Assembly: GCA_023433585.1 (NCBI GenBank)
Contig: JAEZCL010000098.1
Span: 3,661-67,660, forward strand
DNA length: 64,000 nt
Origin: Pseudomonadota bacterium
Lineage (GTDB): Bacteria > Pseudomonadota > Alphaproteobacteria > Caulobacterales > Caulobacteraceae
Direction of reading: 5' to 3'
In this document: in pieces, positions 28,802 through 40,112 of the stretch
Layout: each line of letters starts with the position of its first letter
Position numbering within the stretch: the first letter of the stretch is position 1
Program-made: the position numbers and the translations under genes
The notes under the pieces: model-generated
Databases searched by the model: none
What the model was told of the DNA's origin: nothing
Seen by the model: the letters and a program-made list of their open reading frames with translations, nothing else

Positions 28802-29968
28802 GTGCGACAGACGACCGCGACCCAGACCGGAGATCGCCTCAAGACCTCCCTGCGCGCCATGGCCGGCGCCGCGACGCTGTTCGCCCTGGCGGCGTGCGGC
28901 GGGCACGGCGACGATGAGGCGGCCGGCGAGCGACAGACCGGCGTCTCGTCCCAGACGGTGACGATCGCCGTCGCTGAAACCCGGAACCTGTCGCGCACCA
29001 TCACCGCTTCCGGCACGGTCACGGCCTGGGAGGAAGTGCCCGTGGGCGCCGAGACCGGGGGCCTGACCGCCACCGCCGTGATGGTGGATGAAGGCGCCTG
29101 GGTGCGCCAGGGCCAGCCGCTGGTGCAGCTGAACGACGCCCTGCTGCGCGCCCAGCTGGCTCAGCAGGAGGCGGCCGTCGCGTCCGCCGAGGCCAATGCC
29201 GAACGCGAGGACGCCGAACTGGCCCGCGCCCATGAACTGCGCGACCGGGGCTTCCTGGCCCAGGCGTCTCTGGATCTGGCGATTTCCGAACAGCGCGCGG
29301 CGGCGGCCCAGCTGGCCTCGGCCCGCGCGTCCCTGTCCGAGACCCGCACCCGCCTGAATCAGACCACCATTCGCGCGCCGGTGGCGGGCCTCATCATCAG
29401 CCGCAGCGTCACGCGCGGCCAGATCGTCCAGCCGGGAACCGAGCTGTTCCGCATGGTCCGCGACGGCCGGCTGGAGCTGGACGCCCGGGTGCCGGAGACG
29501 GAGCTGGGCCTGGTCCGCGCCGGTCAGGCGGCGACCGTGAGCTCCGACGGCGTCGGTTCGGCCCAGGGCCGGGTCCGCATCGTGACACCCGAGGTGGACG
29601 CCCAGACCCGCCTGGGTCTGGCCCGCATCGCCCTGAGCGGAAACAGCGGCCTGCGGCCCGGCATGTTCGCCCGGGCGGCCATCGACGTGGGCGCCCAGCC
29701 CGCCGTGACCGTGCCGACCCCGGCGTTGCTCTATCGCGAGAACCGGCCCGGCGTGTTCGTGCTCGGCGCCGAGAACCGCGTCACCTTCCAGACGGTCGAG
29801 GTTCTGTCCCGCACTGACGAGCACACCTCGGTGAGCGGCCTGGATGACGGCGCCCGGGTGGTGGTGGACGGGGCCGGCTTCCTGGGCGAGGGCGACCGCG
29901 TGACCCCGGCCCCAGCCGCCAGGCCCGCCGCGCCCGCCGCGCCCGCCGCCGCTCCGGCCGGCGAATAG
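28802..29968 (+). CDS. RND efflux periplasmic adaptor (lipoprotein)
   Basis: Lipobox LAAC; IRAPVAG and LRPGMF motifs. Confidence 0.9.
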   Translation: MRQTTATQTGDRLKTSLRAMAGAATLFALAACGGHGDDEAAGERQTGVSSQTVTIAVAETRNLSRTITASGTVTAWEEVPVGAETGGLTATAVMVDEGAWVRQGQPLVQLNDALLRAQLAQQEAAVASAEANAEREDAELARAHELRDRGFLAQASLDLAISEQRAAAAQLASARASLSETRTRLNQTTIRAPVAGLIISRSVTRGQIVQPGTELFRMVRDGRLELDARVPETELGLVRAGQAATVSSDGVGSAQGRVRIVTPEVDAQTRLGLARIALSGNSGLRPGMFARAAIDVGAQPAVTVPTPALLYRENRPGVFVLGAENRVTFQTVEVLSRTDEHTSVSGLDDGARVVVDGAGFLGEGDRVTPAPAARPAAPAAPAAAPAGE

Positions 29969-29977
29969 GGCCGCGTC

Positions 29978-32900
29978 ATGAACCAGATCTCCTCCTGGTC
30001 GATCAGGAACCCGATCCCGATCATCCTGCTGTTCATCATCCTGACGCTGGCGGGGATGGTCAGTTTCTCGTCGATGCGGATCAACAACAATCCGGACATC
30101 GACTTCCCGCTGGTGGCGGTCTCGGCCGGGCGGCCCGGCGCGGCGCCGGCCGAGATGGAGGTCCAGGTCACGCGCCTGATCGAGGACTCCATCACCTCGC
30201 TGTCCGGGGTGCGGCGCATCTATTCCAACGTGGGCGACGGCTATTCGTCCACCACCATCGAATTCGAGCTGGGCACCGACACCGAGCGCGCCACAAACGA
30301 CGTGCGCAACGCCATGTCGGGCCTGCGCGGCGACCTGCCCCAGGACATGCAGGAGCCGACGGTCCAGCGCATCGACATCACCGGCGACGCGCTCATCACC
30401 TATGTGGTCCGCTCGCCCGTCATGACGCCCGAAGAGCTGAGCTGGTACGTGGACAACACGGTCAGCCGCGCCCTGCTGGCCGTCTCGGGCGTGGGCGAGG
30501 TCAACCGTCAGGGCGGCGTGGACCGCGAGATCCGGGTCGAGCTGGATCCCGACCGACTGGCCTCCTACGGCGTCACGGCGGCGGCGGTCAGCCAGGCCCT
30601 GACCGGCGTCAACGCCGACCTGCCGGGCGGGCGCATCACCATCTCCGGGTCCGAACGCGCCATCCGCACCCTGGGCTCGGCGGGTTCGATCGAGGCGCTG
30701 CGCGAGACCCTGATTCCCCTGTCGAACGGGGGCACGGTGCGGCTGCGCGACCTGGGCCAGGTCGAGGACGGCTGGACCGAGCCGCGCCGCATGGCGCGCT
30801 ACAACGGCCAGGAGGCGGTGACCTTCAACTTCCTGCGTTCGCGGGACGCCTCGGAGGTGCGCACCGCCGAGCGGGTGCGTGAAGTGGTGGCCCAGCTGGA
30901 CGAGCAGAACGAAGAGGTGACGATCGAGCAGATCAGCGCCAACGTCGAATATATCGAAGAGAGCTACCTGGCCTCCATCGAGGCCCTGCTGCTGGGCGCG
31001 GCCCTGGCCGTGGCGGTGGTGTTCGTCTTCCTGCGCGACTGGCGCGCCACCTTCATCGCGGCCATGGCCATGCCCATGTCGGTCATCCCGACCATGGCGA
31101 TCCTGCAGCTGACGGGACAGTCCCTGAACGGGGTGACCCTGCTGGCCCTGTCGCTGACCATCGGCATCCTGGTGGACGACGCCATCGTGGAGATCGAGAA
31201 CATCGTCCGCCACATGCGCGGGGGCAAGAAACCCTATGACGCGGCCATGGAGGCGGCCGACGAGTGCGGCCTGGCGGTGGTGGCCACCACCGCCACCATC
31301 ATCGCCGTGTTTGCGCCGACCGGCTTCATGCCCGGCATCGTGGGGCAGTTCTTCAAGGCCTTCGCCATTGCGGCCTGTGTGGCCGTGGCCTTCTCGCTCC
31401 TGGTGGCGCGGACCCTGACGCCGCTGATGGCCGCCTACATGCTCAAGCGGGACGAAAAGCATGTGGACAAGGATCCCTTCTGGATGCGTCGCTACATCCG
31501 GACCCTGTCCTGGGTGCTGGCGAACCGCTGGAAGGTGTTCCTCATGGCCACGCTGCTGTTCGTGGGGTCGATCTTCCTGGCCCGCGCCCTGCCGTTCGAG
31601 TTCCAGCCGGCGGGCGACCGCTCGCGCGCCTCGTTCTCGGCCGAGCTGCCGCCGGGGGCCACGCTTCGCCAGACCGACGCCGTGGTCCAGCGCATGACCC
31701 GCGATCTGCTGGATCGGCCCGAGGTCACGTCCGTCTACGCCTCCATCGGCGGGTCGGAGCCGCGCCAGGCCTATGTCTATGCCGACATGGTCGAGCCGGG
31801 CGACCGAGGCATGACCCAGCAACAGTTCGCCCGCGAGATGGTGGACCATTGGGACGCGATCCCCGGCGCCCGCATCGGCGCCGGCGTCGCCCAGCAGGGC
31901 GGCGGCCCCAGCGACGGGACCAGCTACACCTTCTCGATTCTCGGCGACGACGGCGAGGCGCTCCAGGCCGCCGCCCGGGCCATCGAGGCGGACATGCGCA
32001 CCGTGCCCGGCCTGGCCAATGTGGTGAACACCGCCGCCATCGCCCGTCCCGAGATCCTGGTCACGCCGCGCCCGGATCAGGCCGCCCTGATGGGCGTCAC
32101 CACCGGCGCCATCTCCCAGACCGTGCGGGTGGCGACCCTGGGCGACGTGGATCAGAACCTGCCCAAATACAATCTGGGCGACCGCCAGATCCCGATCCGC
32201 CTGCTGCTGACCCAGGACGCGCGCGAAGACCTGTCGGTGCTCCAGACCCTGCAGGTGCCCACCAGCACGGGGGCCAGCGTGCCCCTGTCGGCGGTGGCCG
32301 ACATCCGCTTCGGCGCGGGGCCGTCCCAGATCACCCGCCAGGATCGGGCGCGGGTGGCCACCATCACCGCCGAGCTGGACGGCATCCGGTCCGGCGAGGC
32401 GTCACAGGCGGTCAACCAGCTGGCGTCGGTCCAGAACCTGCCGCCCGGCGTGCGCCAGACCCCCGCGGGCGACGCCGAGTTCATCCAGGAGATGCTGATC
32501 GGCTTCGCCATCGCCTTCTCCACCGGCATCCTGTTGATGTACGCGGTGCTGGTGCTGCTGTTCAAAAGCTTCACCTATCCGGTCACCATCATGGCGGCCC
32601 TGCCGCTGGCCATCGGCGGCGCCTTCGCCGCCCTGCTGCTGGCCGGCTCCAGCTTCTCGATCTCGTCCCTGATCGGCATCCTGATGCTGATGGGCATCGC
32701 GGCCAAGAACTCCATCCTCTTGGTGGACTACGTCATCATGGCCGAACAGGCGGGCCTCAGCCGCTATGACGCCATCATGGATTCGGCGCACAAGCGGGCG
32801 CGCCCGATCATCATGACCACCTTCGCCATGGGCGCCGGCATGCTGCCGGTGGCGATCGGCTGGGGCGCCGACGTGGAGTTCCGCTCGCCCATGGCCATCG

Positions 32901-33064
32901 CGGTGGTCGGCGGGCTGATCTCGTCCACCTTCCTGTCGCTGCTGTTCATCCCGGCGATCTTCACCATCGTCGACGACTTCGCCCGCTTCATCCGCCGCAA
33001 GCTGGGCAGGAAGCCCGAGGACGAGGTTCCCCTGGAACAGGCGCAACCGCTGCCGGCGGAGTGA
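29978..33064 (+). CDS. RND efflux permease (AcrB/AcrD/AcrF family)
   Basis: GILVDDAIVEIEN, GIAAKNSILLVD and RARPIIMTT motifs; 1028 aa. Confidence 0.95.
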   Translation: MNQISSWSIRNPIPIILLFIILTLAGMVSFSSMRINNNPDIDFPLVAVSAGRPGAAPAEMEVQVTRLIEDSITSLSGVRRIYSNVGDGYSSTTIEFELGTDTERATNDVRNAMSGLRGDLPQDMQEPTVQRIDITGDALITYVVRSPVMTPEELSWYVDNTVSRALLAVSGVGEVNRQGGVDREIRVELDPDRLASYGVTAAAVSQALTGVNADLPGGRITISGSERAIRTLGSAGSIEALRETLIPLSNGGTVRLRDLGQVEDGWTEPRRMARYNGQEAVTFNFLRSRDASEVRTAERVREVVAQLDEQNEEVTIEQISANVEYIEESYLASIEALLLGAALAVAVVFVFLRDWRATFIAAMAMPMSVIPTMAILQLTGQSLNGVTLLALSLTIGILVDDAIVEIENIVRHMRGGKKPYDAAMEAADECGLAVVATTATIIAVFAPTGFMPGIVGQFFKAFAIAACVAVAFSLLVARTLTPLMAAYMLKRDEKHVDKDPFWMRRYIRTLSWVLANRWKVFLMATLLFVGSIFLARALPFEFQPAGDRSRASFSAELPPGATLRQTDAVVQRMTRDLLDRPEVTSVYASIGGSEPRQAYVYADMVEPGDRGMTQQQFAREMVDHWDAIPGARIGAGVAQQGGGPSDGTSYTFSILGDDGEALQAAARAIEADMRTVPGLANVVNTAAIARPEILVTPRPDQAALMGVTTGAISQTVRVATLGDVDQNLPKYNLGDRQIPIRLLLTQDAREDLSVLQTLQVPTSTGASVPLSAVADIRFGAGPSQITRQDRARVATITAELDGIRSGEASQAVNQLASVQNLPPGVRQTPAGDAEFIQEMLIGFAIAFSTGILLMYAVLVLLFKSFTYPVTIMAALPLAIGGAFAALLLAGSSFSISSLIGILMLMGIAAKNSILLVDYVIMAEQAGLSRYDAIMDSAHKRARPIIMTTFAMGAGMLPVAIGWGADVEFRSPMAIAVVGGLISSTFLSLLFIPAIFTIVDDFARFIRRKLGRKPEDEVPLEQAQPLPAE

Positions 33065-33072
33065 CAAGAAAC

Positions 33073-33099
33073 TCTCCCTCCCCCTGCGGGGGAGGGAGA
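33073..33099. repeat. CIR-like 12-bp hairpin between convergent genes
   Basis: TCTCCCTCCCCC-TGC-GGGGGAGGGAGA. Confidence 0.7.
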
Positions 33100-33113
33100 A
33101 TCTATGTGCACCC

Positions 33114-34784
33114 CTAACCCTTCCTCAGGCCGGTGATCGTCCGGTTCGGGGCGATGTCCTCGGCGTCGGCGATCAGATGCACGATGGCGGGCTGGTCCTT
33201 CGCCGCGTCACGGGCGGCCTTCAGGGCGGCGGGGAAATCCTCGGTCCGCTCGCAGCGCACCCCGAACGCGCCGAACGCCTCCGCATATTTCACGAAATCC
33301 GGGTTCTTCAGATCCGTGGCGATGACCCGGCCCGGATAGTGGCCTTCCTGGTGCATGCGGATAGTGCCGTAGGTTCCGTTGTCCACGATCACCGTGACCA
33401 CGTTCAGCCCGTGCTGGACCGCCGTGGCCAGCTCCTGACCCAGCATCATGAAGTCTCCGTCCCCGGCGATGCAGACCACCTCGCGTTCCGGGTGAACCGT
33501 CTTGGCCCCGATGGCGGCGGGAAAGCCGTAGCCCATGGCCCCGGAGGTGGGCGCCAGCTGGGTGCGGCAGGCGTTATGGCGATAGAAGCGGTGCAGCCAG
33601 GCGGCGAAATTGCCCGCCCCGTTGGTGACCACGGCCGTCGGCGGCAGGGCGTCGTTCAGGTGCGCCATGCATTCGCTCAGGTTCACCGCCCCGGTCACCG
33701 GCACCGGCGTCGAGAACGCCGTGTAGTCCGCATGGCCCGCGCGGGCCTCGTCGTGCCAGGTCCGGCCCGGATCGATTTCTGACAACGCCAGGACGGTCAG
33801 GGAATTGTCCGCCGCAGCCGACAGCAGCGTCGGCCACACCCGTCCCAGCTCCTCCGGCCCCGGATGCACATGGATCAGGCGCTCGGACAGGCCGTCGCGG
33901 TCGAACAGGGTGTAGCCCTGGGTCGGGTTCTCGCCCAGGCGTGCGCCCACGGCCAGGATCAGGTCGGCGTCCCTGGCCCGCGCGATCAGCTTCGGATTGC
34001 AGCCCAGCCCCAGGTCCCCGACGTAGCAGGGATGGTCGTTCCGCATGATGTCCTTGCGCCGGAACGACAGGCTGACCGGCAGGCCCAGCCGCTCGCACCA
34101 GGCCGAGACCGCGTCCGACGCTTCTTGCGTCCAGCCCGAACCGCCCAGCACCAGCAGCGGCCGCTCGGCCCTGGCCAGTTGATCCCTGACCGCCGCGATG
34201 AAGTCCGGATGCGGCGCCGAACGGGCGGGCGTCACCGGCTTCAGCGGCGCCGGGCCGCCGTCTTCATGCAGGATGTCCTCGGGCAGGGCGATGACCACCG
34301 GCCCCATGCGGCCCTGAAGCGCGGTGGCGAAGGCGCGCTCCACCACCTCCACCGTGCGTTCGGGGCTCTCGATTTCGGTCGCCCATTTGGCCAGGCCGCC
34401 GAACACCTGGCGATAGTCCACCTCCTGGAAGGCGCCGCGGCCCCGGTCGGTCAGGGCGATCTGGCCCACGAACAGGATCATGGGGGCGGAGTCCTGCTCC
34501 GCCGTATGCACCCCGATGGACGCATGGGTCGCGCCCGGTCCGCGCGTGACCATGCAGACGCCGGGTTTCCCGGTCAGCTTGCCGTAGGCCTCGGCCATGT
34601 TGGCGGCGCCCGCCTCGTGGCGGCAGGTGATGACCCGGATGCGGTCCTTCACGTCCGCCAGAGCGTCCAGAACGGCCAGGTAGCTTTCGCCCGGCACGCA
34701 GAAGACGGTGTCGATCCCGTTCATGACCAGGGTCTCGACGAGGCGGCGGGCGGCGGTGCCTTGAGGCTGGATGCGCGATGTCAT
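33114..34784 (-). CDS. Thiamine pyrophosphate-binding protein (acetolactate synthase large subunit-like)
   Basis: CVPGESY, CRHEAGA and GDGDFMM..N motifs. Confidence 0.9.
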   Translation of the reverse strand: MTSRIQPQGTAARRLVETLVMNGIDTVFCVPGESYLAVLDALADVKDRIRVITCRHEAGAANMAEAYGKLTGKPGVCMVTRGPGATHASIGVHTAEQDSAPMILFVGQIALTDRGRGAFQEVDYRQVFGGLAKWATEIESPERTVEVVERAFATALQGRMGPVVIALPEDILHEDGGPAPLKPVTPARSAPHPDFIAAVRDQLARAERPLLVLGGSGWTQEASDAVSAWCERLGLPVSLSFRRKDIMRNDHPCYVGDLGLGCNPKLIARARDADLILAVGARLGENPTQGYTLFDRDGLSERLIHVHPGPEELGRVWPTLLSAAADNSLTVLALSEIDPGRTWHDEARAGHADYTAFSTPVPVTGAVNLSECMAHLNDALPPTAVVTNGAGNFAAWLHRFYRHNACRTQLAPTSGAMGYGFPAAIGAKTVHPEREVVCIAGDGDFMMLGQELATAVQHGLNVVTVIVDNGTYGTIRMHQEGHYPGRVIATDLKNPDFVKYAEAFGAFGVRCERTEDFPAALKAARDAAKDQPAIVHLIADAEDIAPNRTITGLRKG

Positions 34785-34889
34785 GACCCGCATCTAGCAG
34801 ATGATCCGGGCGCCCGCCTATCGCCCCAATCGGAACTTATGGCCAAGCTGACCATTCAGATCATCGACCTTCGCAGGAGCATAACCGTC

Positions 34890-35024
34890 ATGCGCAAAGC
34901 CGCCGTTCTCGCCCTCACCGCCGTCGCCCTGACCCTGTCGGCCTGCAACACCGTGCGCGGCGTGGGCCAGGATCTTCAGGCCGCCGGCGAAGGCGTCCAG
35001 TGCACCGTCGACCGCCGCTGCTGA
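34890..35024 (+). CDS. Entericidin A/B family lipoprotein (44 aa)
   Basis: MRKAAVLALTAVALTLSACNTVRGVGQDLQAAGE; AGGAG RBS. Confidence 0.9.
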   Translation: MRKAAVLALTAVALTLSACNTVRGVGQDLQAAGEGVQCTVDRRC

Positions 35025-35028
35025 TCCC

Positions 35029-35766
35029 TCAGTAGCCGACGCCGCTCAGATAGAGCCCGCAGGCCGGGGCCACCGGCCCGCAGGCGCGCCGGTCCCTGGC
35101 CTCCAGGGCGGCGCGCACGTCATCGACCTCCCAGCGCCCCAGGCCCGCCTCGACCAGGGTGCCGGCCATGGAGCGCACCTGACGATGCAGGAATGAGCGC
35201 GAGGCGAAGCTCAGGTGAACCTCCTCGCCCACGCGGCTGACCCGGGCCAGGTCCAGGGTCTTCATGGGCGATTTCGCCTGACAGGCCAGGTCGCGGAAGG
35301 TTGTGAAGTCGTGATGGCCCACCAGCGCCTGGGCCGCCCGGTGCATGGCCTCCGCGTCCAGAGGCTTCTTCACGTGCCAGACCCGGCCCCGGTCCAGCGC
35401 CGGCGGCGCCGGACGGTTGAGGATGCGGTAGAGATAGCGCCTTTCGACGGCGGAAAAACGCGCGTGCCAGTCGCCCTCGGCGACCTCGCAGGCCAGCACC
35501 ACGACCGGCGATCCGATCAGATGGGCGTTCAGGGCGTTCATCACCGTGGCGGCGGGCCAGTCGCGGTCCAGGTCCGCGTGGATCACCTGGCCCAGGGCGT
35601 GGACGCCCGCGTCGGTGCGCCCGGCGGCCTGAAGCCGGATCGTCTCGCCGCAGAAGGCCAGGATCGCCGCCTCCAACGCCCCCTGCACCGTCGGCAGGCC
35701 GTCCTGGGCCTGATAGCCGTTGAAGCTCGAGCCGTCGTATTCGATGGTCAGGCGATAGCGGGGCAT
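35029..35766 (-). CDS. truA: tRNA pseudouridine(38-40) synthase
   Basis: IEYDG, AGRTDAGVHA and FLHRQVR motifs; C-terminal part of the listed ORF. Confidence 0.95.
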   Translation of the reverse strand: MPRYRLTIEYDGSSFNGYQAQDGLPTVQGALEAAILAFCGETIRLQAAGRTDAGVHALGQVIHADLDRDWPAATVMNALNAHLIGSPVVVLACEVAEGDWHARFSAVERRYLYRILNRPAPPALDRGRVWHVKKPLDAEAMHRAAQALVGHHDFTTFRDLACQAKSPMKTLDLARVSRVGEEVHLSFASRSFLHRQVRSMAGTLVEAGLGRWEVDDVRAALEARDRRACGPVAPACGLYLSGVGY

Positions 35767-36680
35767 CAGGCCAGCATCGCCCCGGACGCCAGAGGATGGC
35801 CACGCAGGAATTCCTCGGCGGCCTGGGCGCCCCGGCCTTCGCGCTGCACGCGGGTCAGGCGCACCGCACCGGTCCCGCAGGCGACCAGAAGCCCGTCGTC
35901 CAGCACCTGTCCGGCCGGTCCCGATCCCTCCTCGACCCGCGACATCAACGCCTTGATCCGCGTTCCGTCCGGACCCGTGAACCAGGCGCCGGGGAAGGGC
36001 GACAGGCCCCGGATGTGACAGTCCAGCTCGACCGCCGGGCGCGACCAGTCGATGCGCGCCTCCGCCGGGGTGATCTTCTTCGCATAGGTGGGCTCGCCGG
36101 CCTGCTCCGCCTCGGTCGCGGCGCCCCGCTCGATGGCGGCCAGGGCCCGGGGCCACAGGGCGGCGCCGATGTGCGACATGCGCTCCGACAGGCTGGCGGC
36201 GGTGTCGTCGGGGCGAATGTCCATGATCTCGGACAGCAGGATCGGCCCCTCGTCCAGGCCCTCGGACATGCGCATGATCTGCACGCCGGTCTGGCGGTCG
36301 CCCGCCATGATCGCCCGCTGGAGCGGCGCGGCGCCGCGCCAGCGCGGCAGCAGGCTGCCGTGCAGGTTGAAGCAGCCCAGACGCGGCGCCTCCAGGATTT
36401 CGGGCCTGAGGATCTGGCCATAGGCGACCACCGCGGCCGCATCCAGATCCAGCGATCGGAACGTATCGATCGCCTCGGACGACTTCATGGATTCCGGCGT
36501 GAACACCGCCAGGCCCATGCTCTCGGCGAAGGCGTGGACCGGCGAGGGCGTCAGTTTCTGTCCGCGCCCCTTCGGCCGGGGCGGCTGGGAATAGACGGCG
36601 ACGATCTCGTGCCCGGCCGCGATCAGCTCGGCCAGGGACGGCACGGCGAATTCGGGGGTTCCCATGAAGGCGATGCGCAT
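35766..36680 (-). CDS. fmt: Methionyl-tRNA formyltransferase
   Basis: [11 protein letters not shown] and [15 protein letters not shown] motifs. Confidence 0.96.
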   Translation of the reverse strand: MRIAFMGTPEFAVPSLAELIAAGHEIVAVYSQPPRPKGRGQKLTPSPVHAFAESMGLAVFTPESMKSSEAIDTFRSLDLDAAAVVAYGQILRPEILEAPRLGCFNLHGSLLPRWRGAAPLQRAIMAGDRQTGVQIMRMSEGLDEGPILLSEIMDIRPDDTAASLSERMSHIGAALWPRALAAIERGAATEAEQAGEPTYAKKITPAEARIDWSRPAVELDCHIRGLSPFPGAWFTGPDGTRIKALMSRVEEGSGPAGQVLDDGLLVACGTGAVRLTRVQREGRGAQAAEEFLRGHPLASGAMLA

Positions 36681-36732
36681 GGCCCGCGCTTTGCCCCATG
36701 CGCGGGTCGCCGACAAGGCGAGACGGGCTTTT

Positions 36733-39669
36733 CTAGTGCGCCCGATCCCAGTTGGCGGCGGCCTTGGCCTCCACGTCGATGGGCACGGTCAGGGCGACGG
36801 CGGGCAGGGGGGCGGTCTCCATGACCTTGCGGATCACCGCCATGGCGCGCTCGGCCTCCGCCTCCGGCGCCTCGAACACCAGTTCGTCGTGGACCTGCAG
36901 CAGCATCCGCGTTTCCAGCCCCGCGTCCTTCAGGGCGCCGGGCATGCGCATCATGGCGCGGCGGATGATGTCGGCGGCGGCGCCCTGGATCGGGGCGTTG
37001 ATGGCGGCGCGCTCGCCGAACTGGCGCTCGGCGGCGGACTTGGAATGGATGGCGGGCACGTGCACGCGACGCCCGAACAGGGTGGTGACATGGCCCTGCT
37101 CGCGCACCAGCGCCTTGGTGCGGTCCATATAGTCGCGGATGCCGGGGAAGCGCTCGAAATAGGTCTTGATATAGGCCCCGGCCTCGCCCTGGCCGATGCC
37201 TAGCTGGGCCGCCAGGCCGAAGGCGGAAATGCCGTAGATGATGCCGAAATTGATGGCCTTGGCCCGGCGCCGCGTCTCGGGCGTCATCTCGGCCATGGGC
37301 ACGCCGAACATCTCCGAAGCCGTGGCGGCGTGAATGTCGTGGCCTGCCGCAAAGGCGGCCTTCAGCTCCGGAATGTCGCCGATGTGGGCCAGGAGGCGCA
37401 GCTCGATCTGGCTGTAGTCCGCCGAGATCAGCACATGGCCCGGACTGGCGATAAAGGCCTGACGAATCTGGCGGCCCGTCTCGGTGCGGATGGGGATGTT
37501 CTGAAGGTTCGGGTCCGACGACGCCAGCCGCCCGGTGGAGGCGGCGGCCAGCTGGAACGAGGTGTGCACCCGGTGCGTCTCGGGATCGGCGGCCTGGACC
37601 AGGGCGTCGGTGTAGGTGCCCTTCAGTTTCGACAGCTGGCGCCAGTCCAGAAGGGTGCGTGGCAGCTCATGGGTCAGCGCCAGCTCCTCCAGCACCGACG
37701 CATCGGTGCCCCACTGGCCCGTGGCGGTCTTCTTGCCGCCCTCCAGGCTCATCTCGCCGAACAGGATGTCGCCGATCTGCTTGGGGCTGCCCAGGTTGAA
37801 GGGGCGTCCGGCCAGCTCGTGCGCCTTCGTCTCCAGCTCGGCCATGCGCATGCCGAACTCGCTGGACAGGCCGCGCAGCCGGTCCGGGTCGACGCGGATG
37901 CCCGCGATCTCCATGTCCGCCAGCACCGCAGGCATGCCGCGCTCCAGCGTCTCATAGACATTGGCCAGGCCTTCGGCCGCCAATTGCGGCTTCAGGATGC
38001 CCCACAGCCGCAACGTCACGTCCGCGTCCTCGGCGGCGTAACAGGTGGCCGGTTTCAGCTCCACGTGGCGGAAGCTCTTCTGCGCCTTGCCGGTCCCGGC
38101 CACCGTCTTGAAGGCGATGGGCTGGTGACCGAGATGCCGCTTGGCCAGCTCGTCCATGCCGTGGGCGTGCAGCCCCCCGCCCAGGACGTAGGAGATCAGC
38201 ATGGTGTCGTCGATCGGCCCCACGGCGATCCCGTGCCGGGCCATGACGGCGATGTCGTATTTGATGTTCTGGCCCACCTTCAGGACCGAGGGGTCCTCAA
38301 GCAGCGGCTTCAGTTTGGCCAGAGCCTCCTCGATCTCCAGCTGGTCCGGCCGCGTCCGGCCGGCCCCCTCGAAATCCAGCCCGCCGCCCTCGGCTTGGTC
38401 TGGATTCTCATGGGTCAGGGGGATGTAGCAGGCCCGGTTCGGCGCCGTGGCCAGCGACAGGCCGCACAGCTCCGCGTGGCTGGAGGACAGGGAGTCCGTC
38501 TCGGTGTCGAAGCCGATCACCCCGGCCGCCCTGGCCTCGGCGATCCACGCCTCCAGCGCCTCGAGCGTGGTCACGCATTCATAGGCGTCCACGTCGAACC
38601 TGTGCGCCTCGGCCGGCGTCGCGCGCTCGGCCGGGGCGTATCGGGGCGTCGCCACCGGTGCGCTCATCGCCCTGGCCCGCCCACCGTTCAGCGAACCGTT
38701 GGGGAAGGTGACGCCTTCCTTTTCCGGCGCCTTGCCGTCGCCCACCCGGCGGGCCAGCGAACGGAACTCCATCTTGTCCAGGAACGCCGACAGCGCCTCG
38801 GGATCGGGGTCGCGCACCGCGAAATCCTCGATGGGCTCCGGCGAAGGCGCATCGCAGGTCAGGCGCACCAGCTCGCGTGACAGGCGGATTTGATCGGCGA
38901 ACTCGATCAGGGTCTCGCGCCTCTTGTTCTGCTTGATCTCGCCCGCGCGTTCCAGAAGCGTGTCCAGGTCGCCGTATTCGGTGATGAGCGCCGAGGCCGT
39001 CTTGACCCCGATGCCGGGGGCGCCGGGCACATTGTCGGTGGAATCCCCGATCAGGGCCTGGACGTCCACCACCCGGTCCGGCCCCACGCCGAACTTGGCC
39101 ATGACAGCTTCGTGCTCCAGCACCGCGTCCTTCATGGGGTCGTACATGACCACCCCGCCGCCGATCAGCTGCATCAGGTCCTTGTCCGAACTGACGATCA
39201 CCGCCTTGCCGCCCTGGTCGCGCGCTTGACAGGCATAGGTGGCGATCAGGTCGTCGGCCTCATAGCCGGGCAGCTCCACACACGGCACGCCGAAGGCGGC
39301 GGTGGCCTCGCGCACCAGGGCGAACTGGGGGATCAGATCCTCCGGCGGCGGCGGGCGGTGGGCCTTGTAGGCGGGATAGAGGTCGTTCCTGAACGTCTTT
39401 TCCGAATGGTCGAAAATGGCCGCCAGGTGCGTGGGCCCGTCCTCGCCCTTGAAGTCCCGCATCAGCTTCCACAGCATGTTGCAGTAGCCCTGCACCGCCC
39501 CCACCGGCAGGCCGTCCGACTTGCGCGTCAGGGGCGGCAGGGCGTGATAGGCCCGGAAGATGTAGGCCGAGGCGTCGATCAGATAGAGCCGCAGCGCCGG
39601 CCCGTCCTGGGTCAATTCGCGGTCGATCTCGACGGTGACGGGTGCTGTGGAATCGGCGGGCTCGGACAT
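36733..39669 (-). CDS. polA: DNA polymerase I
   Basis: 5'-3' exonuclease (FRAYHA, EADD), 3'-5' exonuclease (FDTET), DYSQIELR and QVHDEL motifs. Confidence 0.97.
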   Translation of the reverse strand: MSEPADSTAPVTVEIDRELTQDGPALRLYLIDASAYIFRAYHALPPLTRKSDGLPVGAVQGYCNMLWKLMRDFKGEDGPTHLAAIFDHSEKTFRNDLYPAYKAHRPPPPEDLIPQFALVREATAAFGVPCVELPGYEADDLIATYACQARDQGGKAVIVSSDKDLMQLIGGGVVMYDPMKDAVLEHEAVMAKFGVGPDRVVDVQALIGDSTDNVPGAPGIGVKTASALITEYGDLDTLLERAGEIKQNKRRETLIEFADQIRLSRELVRLTCDAPSPEPIEDFAVRDPDPEALSAFLDKMEFRSLARRVGDGKAPEKEGVTFPNGSLNGGRARAMSAPVATPRYAPAERATPAEAHRFDVDAYECVTTLEALEAWIAEARAAGVIGFDTETDSLSSSHAELCGLSLATAPNRACYIPLTHENPDQAEGGGLDFEGAGRTRPDQLEIEEALAKLKPLLEDPSVLKVGQNIKYDIAVMARHGIAVGPIDDTMLISYVLGGGLHAHGMDELAKRHLGHQPIAFKTVAGTGKAQKSFRHVELKPATCYAAEDADVTLRLWGILKPQLAAEGLANVYETLERGMPAVLADMEIAGIRVDPDRLRGLSSEFGMRMAELETKAHELAGRPFNLGSPKQIGDILFGEMSLEGGKKTATGQWGTDASVLEELALTHELPRTLLDWRQLSKLKGTYTDALVQAADPETHRVHTSFQLAAASTGRLASSDPNLQNIPIRTETGRQIRQAFIASPGHVLISADYSQIELRLLAHIGDIPELKAAFAAGHDIHAATASEMFGVPMAEMTPETRRRAKAINFGIIYGISAFGLAAQLGIGQGEAGAYIKTYFERFPGIRDYMDRTKALVREQGHVTTLFGRRVHVPAIHSKSAAERQFGERAAINAPIQGAAADIIRRAMMRMPGALKDAGLETRMLLQVHDELVFEAPEAEAERAMAVIRKVMETAPLPAVALTVPIDVEAKAAANWDRAH

Positions 39670-39701
39670 GACGGGCAACATAGGCGTCGGAAACGCCGCC
39701 G

Positions 39702-40025
39702 TCAGCCGCCGCTGTCGCCCTTTCGCGTCCGGGCGATCTCGGCGCTTTCGGCTTTCAACGGCTTGGAGACCGGGCAGACCTCCTGGGCATAGGCGTTCAG
39801 GGTGTTGGCCAGGTGGTCGGGGACCAGGCTATAGTGCACGAACTGCCCCCGCTTCTCGCTGGTCACCAGCCCGGCGTTCTCCAAGATCGAAAGGTGCTGA
39901 GACACTGCGGGTTTCGAGATCTCGAACCGCGCGGCGATCTCGCCCGCCGTCATATCCGCATGGGCCAGATAGGCGAGAATCCTGCGCCGGACGGTGGATG
40001 AGAGGGCTTCGAACACGCGCTGCAT
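39702..40025 (-). CDS. ArsR/SmtB family transcriptional regulator
   Basis: FEALSSTVRRRIL..MTAGEIA..SKPAVSQHLSIL winged helix. Confidence 0.92.
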   Translation of the reverse strand: MQRVFEALSSTVRRRILAYLAHADMTAGEIAARFEISKPAVSQHLSILENAGLVTSEKRGQFVHYSLVPDHLANTLNAYAQEVCPVSKPLKAESAEIARTRKGDSGG

Positions 40026-40075
40026 GAGAGAGTATTTAAGCGATTCACGAAGGGGTTGCCAGTCAGGATTTCACG

Positions 40076-40095
40076 ATTTAAGTAATGACTTAAAT
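40076..40095. promoter_or_regulatory. Palindromic operator, probably for the adjacent ArsR protein
   Basis: ATTTAAGT-AATG-ACTTAAAT perfect 8-bp IR; another ATTTAAG half-site at 40034. Confidence 0.7.
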
Positions 40096-40112
40096 TATTG
40101 AGAGAGCGCGGC

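Noticed and set aside
28736..31849. 1037-aa antisense ORF and other long shadow ORFs (e.g. 16595-18490, 37330-38880, 60699-62804)
   Set aside because: They are antisense to clear genes, which is expected in high-GC DNA, and have no recognisable motifs
35029..36699. 556-aa TruA fusion; likewise the extended ORFs for trmB, engB, rnpA, entericidin and the subunit-3 gene
   Set aside because: The N-terminal extensions are off-frame overlaps with upstream genes; the real starts are internal
40078..40093. CtrA binding site
   Set aside because: The spacing is TTAA-N8-TTAA, not N7, and it is better explained as the ArsR operator
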